From assembly GCA_036700245.1 (NCBI GenBank), contig JAUBOM010000168.1, positions 1 to 12,772 on the forward strand: 12,772 nucleotides of DNA. The letters are read 5' to 3'. The DNA is from Microcoleus sp. herbarium2. GTDB taxonomy: Bacteria; Cyanobacteriota; Cyanobacteriia; Cyanobacteriales; Microcoleaceae. This document shows positions 4,539-11,128 of this stretch, one piece after another. Position numbers and translations under genes: made by a program. Numbering within the stretch: position 1 is the first letter of the stretch; each line of letters opens with the position of its first letter. A model generated the notes under the pieces. It saw only the letters and a list, made by a program, of their open reading frames with translations, searched no databases and was not told the DNA's origin.

Positions 4539-6716
4539 ATGCAGCAATTGCACGGATTGTTGCAGGATGGGAGCCGCGTTGCGATCGCCGCGGCGTCGGG
4601 AATGGGCGGCATCGGCAAGACAGAATTGGCATGGCAGTATGCAAACTTTCACCGCGAACACAACACCTATCCAGCAGGGATTTGGTGGCTGTTTGTCCGG
4701 GACAACGATTTAGCGCCGCAGGTGTTGCAGAAAGCGCTGCGAATGGGAATTGAGCCGCCGGATACTCTCGACAATCTGGAGGAACGGTTGCAGTTTTGCT
4801 ACGAAGAGTGGGCAAAAAAAACCTCTGGCAATGCTCTGCTGGTATTGGATGATGTCAACGATTACCGCGCGGTGCAGCGGTTGCTGCCGAGAAATCCCCG
4901 CTTTAAGGTGTTGCTGACTGCGCGACAGCGACTGGAAGAAAAAACCTTGCAGCGATTGGATTTAAAGAAGCTCAGACCCTTGGATGCTTTCAAGTTACTG
5001 TATGAAGTTAGTCAGGCAGAGACTCGCATTGTTCAGGAACAGATTGTTGCTGAGAAATTATGTGCTTGGTTGGAGTATTTGCCCTTGGGGATTGAACTGG
5101 TGGCAACCTTTCTCAAGGTAGAGCCAGATGTGTCGGTAGCAGAGTTATTGGCACAGTTGCAGCAAAAGCTGTTGCAGGATGAGGTGCTGACTCCTGTAGC
5201 GGCGGCTTTTGAGTTAAGTTGGGTGCAGTTAAATGCTGCCGAACAGCAGTTGGCGGTATTGCTGAGTGTGTTTGCTTTGGCTCCCATGCCTTGGCAGTTG
5301 GTGGAGTCAGTGGTCGTAGTTTGTAGAGTAGAAGCCCCAAAGCAAAACTGGCTGAAGAAATTGTTGGCGGTGTGGGGAAAGGTGCAAGCACCCCAGCAGT
5401 GGTGTTTGCTACTGGACGATCGGGTTTTGAGCCAGAGTCGGCGGCGTTTAGTGGAGTTGAGTTTGCTGGGGCGGGTGGAGCAAAAGCAGTATCAACTTCA
5501 TGCTTTGATTCGAGAGTTTTTTGCAGCCAAATTGCAGGAACGCGCCGATGCTGAGATTTTGCGGAGAAGTTTTGCCGCGGCGCTGACAGCGGTGGCAAAG
5601 ACGATTCCGCAGACTGTGACGCTGGAGGTGCAGCAACGGGTGAAGGAGGCGCTGCCCCATTTGGAGGTGGTGGCGGAGCAATGGTCGCATTTGCTGGAAG
5701 ATAGTGATTCTGTGTGGTCTTTCACGGTTTTGGGGCTGATTGCTCAGGGACAGAGTTTGTCGGCAGAGGCAGAAAAGTGGTTCAAAGCTTGCCTCCAGAT
5801 GACAGAGAAACGTTGCGGAGCCGAACATTCCCTTACGGCAAAGAGTTTGAACAATCTGGCATTGCTGTACGATGCAATGGGACGCTACCCAGAGGCGGAA
5901 CCCTTGTATGTGCGATCGCTCTCTATTTACGAGCAGCAGCTCGGAGCCGACCATCCCGATACAGCTCTGAGTTTGAACAATCTGGCAGCCCTTTACTATG
6001 CAATGGGTCGCTACGCGGAAGCGGAACCTTTGTATGTGCGATCGCTCTCGATTTACGAGCAGCAGCTAGAAGCCGACCATCCCAATACGGCTACGACTTT
6101 GAGCAATCAGGCAGAGCTATACCGTGCGATGGGACGCTACCCAGAAGCGGAACCCTTGTATGTACGCTCGCTCGCCATCAGGGAGCAGCAGCTCGGAGCG
6201 GAACATCCCGATACAGCTCTGAGTTTGAACAATCAGGCATTGCTGTACCATGCAATGGGACGTTACCAGGAGGCGGAACCCTTGTATGTGCGATCGCTCG
6301 CGATCAGAGAGCAAAAGCTCGGAGCAGAAGATCGCTATACGGCAACGAGTTTGAACAATCTGGCACAACTATACAGTGCAATGGGACGTTACCAGGAGGC
6401 GGAACCCTTGTATGTGCGATCGCTCTCTATCAGGGAGCAACAGCTCGGAGCCGACCATCCCGATACGGCAACGAGTTTGAACAATCTGGCAGGGCTGTAC
6501 AAGGAAATGGGACGCTACCCGGAGGCGGAACCTTTGTTAGCGCGAGCATTAGAAATCTTTTTGAACCGATTGGGAGAAAATCATCCCAACACCCAAACCG
6601 TTAGGAGCAATTTCATTTATTTTCTCCAGCAGACCATATCAGCGGGTCAAGACTCGCAACTTTCCCAGAATCCAACAACGCAAGCAATACTGAAGCAACT
6701 TCGGGAGACGGAGTAG
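4539..6716 (+). CDS. NB-ARC (STAND) NTPase with C-terminal TPR array. The first ATG is at 4539, but homology-like coding sequence extends upstream to about 4428 with no start codon.
   Basis: Walker A GMGGIGKTELA, Walker B LLVLDDVND, LLTAR (RNBS-B-like) and YLPLGIEL (GLPL-like), followed by six 42-aa kinesin-light-chain-type TPR pairs. The same frame upstream of 4539 reads ...YDIPSELGSKNFVGRDEE, the usual pre-P-loop motif. Confidence 0.9.
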   Translation: MQQLHGLLQDGSRVAIAAASGMGGIGKTELAWQYANFHREHNTYPAGIWWLFVRDNDLAPQVLQKALRMGIEPPDTLDNLEERLQFCYEEWAKKTSGNALLVLDDVNDYRAVQRLLPRNPRFKVLLTARQRLEEKTLQRLDLKKLRPLDAFKLLYEVSQAETRIVQEQIVAEKLCAWLEYLPLGIELVATFLKVEPDVSVAELLAQLQQKLLQDEVLTPVAAAFELSWVQLNAAEQQLAVLLSVFALAPMPWQLVESVVVVCRVEAPKQNWLKKLLAVWGKVQAPQQWCLLLDDRVLSQSRRRLVELSLLGRVEQKQYQLHALIREFFAAKLQERADAEILRRSFAAALTAVAKTIPQTVTLEVQQRVKEALPHLEVVAEQWSHLLEDSDSVWSFTVLGLIAQGQSLSAEAEKWFKACLQMTEKRCGAEHSLTAKSLNNLALLYDAMGRYPEAEPLYVRSLSIYEQQLGADHPDTALSLNNLAALYYAMGRYAEAEPLYVRSLSIYEQQLEADHPNTATTLSNQAELYRAMGRYPEAEPLYVRSLAIREQQLGAEHPDTALSLNNQALLYHAMGRYQEAEPLYVRSLAIREQKLGAEDRYTATSLNNLAQLYSAMGRYQEAEPLYVRSLSIREQQLGADHPDTATSLNNLAGLYKEMGRYPEAEPLLARALEIFLNRLGENHPNTQTVRSNFIYFLQQTISAGQDSQLSQNPTTQAILKQLRETE
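5847..6602 (+). repeat. Six tandem 126-bp (42-aa) TPR units with very high nucleotide identity
   Basis: Units start at 5847, 5973, 6099, 6225, 6351 and 6477. The 27-mer GCGGAACCCTTGTATGTGCGATCGCTC is exact in units 1, 4 and 5. The protein consensus is LNNLAxLYxAMGRYxEAEPLYVRSLxIxEQQLGADHPDTAxS. Confidence 0.9.
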
Positions 6717-6749
6717 CTGTTAGAGCGATTATTGCCAATTTCCTACAAA

Positions 6750-6849
6750 ACTTACGCATGGGGCCCAGAAACCGGGTTTTTGCGGGAATACTTCGTTACA
6801 GCCCGCAGATAAGGCAAAAAACCCGGTTTCTCTGAGGAAGCGCATAAGT
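6750..6849 (+). repeat. Hairpin repeat element, copy B (MITE/REP-like, complete)
   Basis: Terminal inverted ends ACTTACGC ... GCATAAGT and inner arms CCCAGAAACCGGGTTTTT / AAAAAACCCGGTTTCTCTG. It lies between the convergent stops of the STAND gene (6716) and the 253-aa gene (6879), so it may also serve as a bidirectional terminator. Confidence 0.8.
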
Positions 6850-6878
6850 CCCGATCGCACTCAATTCGATCGCCACCT

Positions 6879-7640
6879 CTAGAAATCGCAAAAATCTTCA
6901 CTTTCTTTCTCCATCGCAAAAAGTGCGATCGGCGTTGCAAGTTTTGATGGAAAACCGCTGCTTGATGCTAAAAATTCTGCGATCGCAGCTATCAGAACAG
7001 GCAATTTTTCTTTCATATCCTCCTGACAGATAACAGTGCGACACCGAGAGCTTAACTGTTCTAACAAATCAGATTCAATGTCTGTATTTCCCGCTGCAGT
7101 CGCGATCGATCGTGCAGCTTTTTCTAAATTTCCCTCGCACTCCTGAATCGTATCAAGAGCAGCTAATGCTTCTGGATCGTGTTTTAATTGTTCGCGGAAC
7201 CGATCGATTTCTTCAGCCGTGACTGTAGCGGTAGTTGGGCGATCGAATTCTTGATTTTCCCCGGTGATTTTTGGCAGCAGCCTTGCCTCAATTTCTTTTT
7301 CTAACTTTTGCCGCAACTTCTGTTCCACTTCTAATTCAATTTGCGGTCGAAGTTTTTCCTCAATTTCTTGTTCTAATTTTTGGCGTAGTTTCTCCTCAAT
7401 TTCTTTTTCCCTTTCTTTTTGTTTTTCCCGAGCGACTTCAGCTTTTTTCTTAATTGCTTCCTCAGCGATGCGAATATTTTCTGCAATTGGCACACCATCT
7501 TCTGTCACTAAAGGAGGCATTTGTTGGTATTTCAGACTCGGATGATGAAATAATGCCCGAAGAGCTTCCATATCGTCCCGGTGTGCGAGCACATATTTCC
7601 TGAGTTCAGCAACGGTCATTTCATTAAAGTTGGGTTTCAT
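6879..7640 (-). CDS. Hypothetical protein (253 aa): small conserved N-terminal domain, repetitive charged coiled coil, and an unknown C-terminal domain
   Basis: ATG at 7640 with GGAG 9 nt upstream. The N-terminus MKPNFNEMTVAELRKYVLAHRDDMEALRALF resembles a short cyanobacterial family I recall as DUF6887; this is from memory and needs checking. The middle has EKLRQKLEQEIEEKLRPQIELEVEQKLRQKLEKEIE internal repeats. I do not recognise the C-terminal ~110 aa. Confidence 0.75.
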   Translation of the reverse strand: MKPNFNEMTVAELRKYVLAHRDDMEALRALFHHPSLKYQQMPPLVTEDGVPIAENIRIAEEAIKKKAEVAREKQKEREKEIEEKLRQKLEQEIEEKLRPQIELEVEQKLRQKLEKEIEARLLPKITGENQEFDRPTTATVTAEEIDRFREQLKHDPEALAALDTIQECEGNLEKAARSIATAAGNTDIESDLLEQLSSRCRTVICQEDMKEKLPVLIAAIAEFLASSSGFPSKLATPIALFAMEKESEDFCDF

Positions 7641-7815
7641 CTAAAAAACTCCAGTTTCCTGATGGGAAAACCATAATTTGCAATTCGTCGCTTAGGAAAA
7701 CGTAAACTTCGCGACTTTCTGGGTCAAAGCACAATAGCTGAATATCCTTGTAGTAGTTAGACAATATCTGGCACAGGCGCAGACAGGCTTGGGATTGTTC
7801 GTCAGTGGGATTAAT
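7624..7815 (-). CDS. Small ORF (63 codons), DUF6888-like from memory, with no canonical start codon (possible ATT start or decayed ATG)
   Basis: My minus-strand translation is (I)NPTDEQSQACLRLCQILSNYYKDIQLLCFDPESREVYVFLSDELQIMVFPSGNWSFLDETQL. It overlaps the 253-aa gene start by 17 nt. GAGGAA lies 6 nt upstream of the ATT at 7815-7813. There is no ATG/GTG/TTG upstream before the stop at 7863-7861. It is absent from the ORF track. Confidence 0.4.
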   Translation of the reverse strand: MNPTDEQSQACLRLCQILSNYYKDIQLLCFDPESREVYVFLSDELQIMVFPSGNWSFLDETQL

Positions 7816-7858
7816 CGATCGTTCCTCAATTGTGGCACCAACTTTAGGATATAATATA

Positions 7859-7948
7859 ACTTACGCATAGGAACCCAGAAACCCGGTTTCTTCGATAATA
7901 CTTCCTTACAGTGCAAAGACTCGATAAAAACCCGCTTTCTTTGTCGGA
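7859..7948 (+). repeat. Hairpin repeat element, copy C (MITE/REP-like)
   Basis: ACTTACGCATAGGAACCCAGAAACCCGGTTTCTTCGATAATACTTCCTTACAG...AAAAACCCGCTTTCTTTG...GCATAAGT aligns with copies A and B. As in copy B, it is followed by TC(C/T)CGATCGCA. Confidence 0.8.
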
Positions 7949-8003
7949 GTGCATAAGTCTCGATCGCATTAAAAAGAGGTAGCTTGCGATTTTTCGTTGG
8001 GTG

Positions 8004-8060
8004 GGGGCGGGTTTTTGAGATTGTCTATCTGTGTGATAAATGGTTCAAAAAACCCGCCCC
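8004..8060. repeat. Long GC-clamped inverted repeat (hairpin)
   Basis: GGGGCGGGTTTTTG (8004-8017) pairs with CAAAAAACCCGCCCC (8046-8060), with one extra A in the right arm and a 28-nt loop. No U-tract follows on either strand. Confidence 0.7.
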
Positions 8061-8173
8061 TACAGGTCGATATAGGATGTGGGATATCTCATATCAACTC
8101 CGCTAGCATCGTCGGGCGTCAAATCGAATCAACAGTCAATACTCAACTATCATTCAGTTTTTCGACCCCTCCT

Positions 8174-8208
8174 TCAACAGTCAACAGTCAACAGTCAACA
8201 GTCAACAA
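8174..8208. repeat. STRR-type heptanucleotide tandem repeat (TCAACAG x4 + TCAACAA)
   Basis: Read directly from the sequence. A degenerate block TCAACAG TCAATAC TCAACTA TCATTCA lies at 8129-8156. The unit is a rotation of CAACAGT, which I recall as one of the short tandemly repeated repetitive (STRR) heptamers of filamentous cyanobacteria. Confidence 0.85.
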
Positions 8209-8209
8209 T

Positions 8210-8230
8210 AATTCCGGTGCAACCGGAATT
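8210..8230 (-). terminator. Possible ubiD terminator hairpin
   Basis: A perfect 9-bp stem, AATTCCGGT-GCA-ACCGGAATT, lies 27 nt past the ubiD stop (8257-8259). On the minus strand it is followed by TATTGTTGACTGTTG, which is only moderately U-rich. Confidence 0.3.
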
Positions 8231-8256
8231 GATATCTGATTTTACGGTTGATTCCC

Positions 8257-9765
8257 CTACTTCATCTCATATCCAAACAAATTCGGATCGACTTCACCCA
8301 AATTCAAATCAGCCAAACCGTACTCAGCCCAACGGCGATCGACCATCGCCGCCACATCAGGATCGGATTCCAAAACTTCCCCCCATTCGTGATCCGTTTC
8401 CGGCGGCATCTTCGTAGTAGCATCAATCCCCATTCTGCCCCCCAAACCAATCTTTTCACTGGCAAAATCTAACGTATCAAAAGGCGTATTCGGCAGAATA
8501 AATACATCCCGAACCGGATCGACTTTAGAACTAATTGCCCAAACTACTTGACGCGGGTCGCGAATGTTGATACTTTTATCCACAACAATCACAAACTTAG
8601 TGTAAGTAAACTGCGGTAAAGCACTCCAAAATGCTAAAGCAGCCCGGCGCGCTTGACCCGGATATGCTTTATCGATCGAGATAATTGCCGCCTTATAACT
8701 CAGCGCTTCCATCGGTAAGAAGAAATCGACAATTTCCGATACTTGCTGCCGCAAAATAGGCGTATAAATACGGTTAAGCGCGATCGCCATCATTGCTTCT
8801 TCTTTCGGCGGCCGCCCGCTAAATGTCGTCAGATAAATCGGGTCTTTGCGGTGCGTCATGCAGTGGAACCGCACCAAGGGCGAATCCTCCACGCCGCCGT
8901 AATAACCCATGTGATCCCCAAAGGGCCCGTCGGGCAGAACTTCCCCGGGCGTAATCGTTCCTTCTAACACGATTTCCGAGTCCGCCGGTACTTCCAAATC
9001 TACCGTTTTGCACTTCGCCAATTGCACGCCGGAACCGCCGTAAAGTCCGGCAAATAACCATTCCGATAAATCTACAGGAATTGGCGTTGCTGCAGCGAGA
9101 ATAATCAGCGGGTCAACTCCCAGGGCGATCGCAACTTCCAACTTTTTACCAGCCTGCGCCGCTTTCCGCAAGTGCCGCGCGCCGCCCCGCACCGATAACC
9201 AGTGTACAGTCATCGTGTTTTTTGACTGCAACTGCAACCGATAAACCCCCACATTCGGCGTACCCGTTTCGCAATCTTTGGTAATTACCAAACCCAGGGT
9301 GATAATTTTGCCCGCATCTCCCGGATAAGGGCGAATCATCGGGATTTTGTTCAAATCCAGCCCTTCTCCCTCAAATACCACTTGCTGACAAGCTGGGAAA
9401 AAGTCGCGGCCCGGTTTGGCTTTCACTACGTCGAACAGCACTTTGCCGAATTCTATCGCTTGGGAAATCTTTTTCGGCGGTTTTGGCTGTTGCAGCATTC
9501 CCAGTTTTTTGCCGAGCTCTTCTAGTTCGATCGGCTTTTCCATGTTCATCGCCCAGCAAACGCGCTCTTCCGTACCCAACAGGTTAATGGCGACGGGGAA
9601 TTCGGCCCCTTTGACGTTTTCAAACAGCAGTCCTGGGCCGCCTTTTTGCAGCATTTGGTTGGAAATTTCGGCAATTTCGAGGTCGGAATCGACTAAGGCG
9701 CTAATCCGGCGCAGTTGTCCCCGTTCTTCGAGTAGTTTTAGGAATCCCCGCAAGTCTCTTGCCAT
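8257..9765 (-). CDS. ubiD: UbiD-family (de)carboxylase (4-hydroxy-3-polyprenylbenzoate decarboxylase-like; plastoquinone pathway in cyanobacteria)
   Basis: 502 aa. N-terminus MARDLRGFLKLLEERGQLRRI, with the characteristic GPFGDHMGYY and SVRGGARH motifs and a family-typical length. Confidence 0.9.
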   Translation of the reverse strand: MARDLRGFLKLLEERGQLRRISALVDSDLEIAEISNQMLQKGGPGLLFENVKGAEFPVAINLLGTEERVCWAMNMEKPIELEELGKKLGMLQQPKPPKKISQAIEFGKVLFDVVKAKPGRDFFPACQQVVFEGEGLDLNKIPMIRPYPGDAGKIITLGLVITKDCETGTPNVGVYRLQLQSKNTMTVHWLSVRGGARHLRKAAQAGKKLEVAIALGVDPLIILAAATPIPVDLSEWLFAGLYGGSGVQLAKCKTVDLEVPADSEIVLEGTITPGEVLPDGPFGDHMGYYGGVEDSPLVRFHCMTHRKDPIYLTTFSGRPPKEEAMMAIALNRIYTPILRQQVSEIVDFFLPMEALSYKAAIISIDKAYPGQARRAALAFWSALPQFTYTKFVIVVDKSINIRDPRQVVWAISSKVDPVRDVFILPNTPFDTLDFASEKIGLGGRMGIDATTKMPPETDHEWGEVLESDPDVAAMVDRRWAEYGLADLNLGEVDPNLFGYEMK

Positions 9766-9940
9766 TTTTTTTAAGAATTGTTAACGTTCTTTTGTTATTA
9801 TGAGCCGATCGACTGCCACAATTTACTCTTGAACCCCTCAAAGAATATCTATTTAACGAACCGCGAAGACGCAAAGGGCGCGAAGGAAGAGGAAGAAGAA
9901 GATAGGTAATGTCTTGTTCGGTTCCGGAGTAGGCTGCATA

Positions 9941-11128
9941 ATGGGTTACATGGAATGTCCTCGATGCGAATCTGACCAAGTTCGTAAAAACGGCCGTCCC
10001 AACGGTCGCCAGCGGTATCTTTGCAAAGCTTGCCGCAAACAATTTTTTGAGCCCGCCGGTCTGCAGTCCTTAAGTCGCAAATGCACCGAAACACGGTTAA
10101 GCGAAGCTATCCCGAAGGAAATCGCCCCTGCAACCACCACAGAGTCCGGCCCGATTGCGATTTTGCTGTTGGATGCCGAAAATCTGAAACTTAAGGTTAA
10201 TACAGAACAATTTTTAGCCGGTTTGTGCGACTATCCCCTGCAAGTTAAAATTGCTTTTGCTAACTGGAAAAACCCGAGTATCGGCAAGTTGGATGCTGAA
10301 CTTTACGATCGCGGTTACGAACTGATTCACGTTCCGGGCGGTGCTAATAGTGCTGATGGTAAGATGATTGCTTTTGGCGCTGCTATTTTATATCGATATC
10401 GGGATGTGCGACAAGTTTTTGTCTGTTCTTCGGATGGTTTGTTAAATCATCTTTGCAATCAGTTACAAAATCAGGGCTTGACTGTATTTCGGGTGCGCCG
10501 GCAAAATTCGGTCTTGTCTGTTGAAAATCCTCTGACTGGTGATACTCATCACTATTCTTGTGAGAGGGAAATGGAAATCCCTAGTTTTGAAGAATTGGCT
10601 AGTCAAGTTGCAGAGTTGTTGAAGGCTGAATACAAATCTATTGAGGAGCGAATCGCTCGTTTTTCTAGTGTGGCTGAGCTTTTTCAAGAGCGCCGGACTG
10701 TTGTTTTCCCTTCTACAACTTCCCCTGCTGCACTGTCGGAGTCAGCACAAAACGAAGTTACCCCCGTGCTTGAAGCATCTTTGGCTACCCTTGCTGTCAA
10801 TCAAAATGTTGCCGAGCCAAATTTGCCCGAAACAATACCTGGTCTCAATTCTAATGCTATTGAGTCGCTGGATGTTTTTCAAACTATACTTGTAGAAATA
10901 ATAGAATCTGCAAAAATTGAGTTAAAAGAGGATGCTATTCCTGTGGCCAAAATCAAGAAAGATTTTTTGGCTAAGTATCAAACTCAGGCTGATTTAGTTG
11001 TGAAAAACTTTTTGGGTAAAAATTCCAGTTTAATCAAATATTTGCAGTCGGAATCTGGGGTTTTTGAAGTAAAATTAATCGGTCAGGAACATCAAGTGGC
11101 GATCGTCGCCCAAAAATCCTCCACTTGA
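9941..11128 (+). CDS. Zn-ribbon + NYN (LabA-like, PIN-fold) + OST-HTH/LOTUS-like domain protein, ending at an in-frame TGA
   Basis: CPRCESDQVRKNGRPNGRQRYLCKACRKQF is a CxxC...CxxC ribbon. IAILLLDAENL, NSADGKMI and VCSSDGLL fit NYN acidic motifs. The C-terminal ~75 aa (FQTILVEIIESAK...FEVKLIGQEHQVAIV) look LOTUS-like. I prefer the ATG at 9941 (GGAG 11 nt upstream) over the TTG at 9914. Confidence 0.8.
   Translation: MGYMECPRCESDQVRKNGRPNGRQRYLCKACRKQFFEPAGLQSLSRKCTETRLSEAIPKEIAPATTTESGPIAILLLDAENLKLKVNTEQFLAGLCDYPLQVKIAFANWKNPSIGKLDAELYDRGYELIHVPGGANSADGKMIAFGAAILYRYRDVRQVFVCSSDGLLNHLCNQLQNQGLTVFRVRRQNSVLSVENPLTGDTHHYSCEREMEIPSFEELASQVAELLKAEYKSIEERIARFSSVAELFQERRTVVFPSTTSPAALSESAQNEVTPVLEASLATLAVNQNVAEPNLPETIPGLNSNAIESLDVFQTILVEIIESAKIELKEDAIPVAKIKKDFLAKYQTQADLVVKNFLGKNSSLIKYLQSESGVFEVKLIGQEHQVAIVAQKSST

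Noticed and set aside
4465-4815. 116-aa minus ORF and 64-aa plus ORF (4519-4713) at the 5' end of the NB-ARC gene.
   Set aside because: They overlap the P-loop-encoding frame. The translations are R/C/P-rich with no start context.
5113-6604. Long alternative-frame ORFs across the NB-ARC/TPR region: + 296 aa at 5714-6604, and - 161, 168, 75 and 83 aa.
   Set aside because: They overlap a confidently identified NB-ARC-TPR frame. Their length comes from the 126-bp periodic repeat propagating stop-free frames. The translations are low-complexity (R/S/G-rich) with no recognisable motifs.
7264-7545. Plus-strand ORFs (93 and 60 aa) antisense to the coiled-coil repeats of the 253-aa gene.
   Set aside because: This is the antisense of an E/K/L-rich repeat, which naturally gives an F/S-rich open frame. 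It is an artefact.
7692-7916. 74-aa minus-strand ORF from the track (MHCKEVLSKKPGFWVPMRK...).
   Set aside because: Its 5' half is translated from repeat element copy C, and the frame differs from the one giving a protein-like product (7815-7624). The composition looks non-coding.
7997-8472. Three plus-strand ORFs (80, 112 and 74 aa) across the hairpin/STRR region and into ubiD antisense.
   Set aside because: They are driven by heptamer repeats (STVNSQQSTVN...) and by the antisense of the ubiD 3' end. They have no SD and no recognisable domains.
8743-9784. ORFs antisense to or out of frame within ubiD: + 74 aa, - 80 aa, - 62 aa, + 122 aa.
   Set aside because: They are embedded in the confidently assigned ubiD CDS and show no independent signals.
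9701-10140. Minus-strand ORFs (113, 81 and 64 aa) across the ubiD/NYN divergent region and the NYN 5' end.
   Set aside because: They cross an intergenic promoter region and overlap the Zn-ribbon coding frame. No support.
11126-11128. Selenocysteine decoding of the in-frame TGA in the NYN/LOTUS gene.
   Set aside because: I can fold no SECIS-like hairpin immediately downstream. The position is an inter-domain linker, not a redox active site, and I do not know of selenoproteins in this family.
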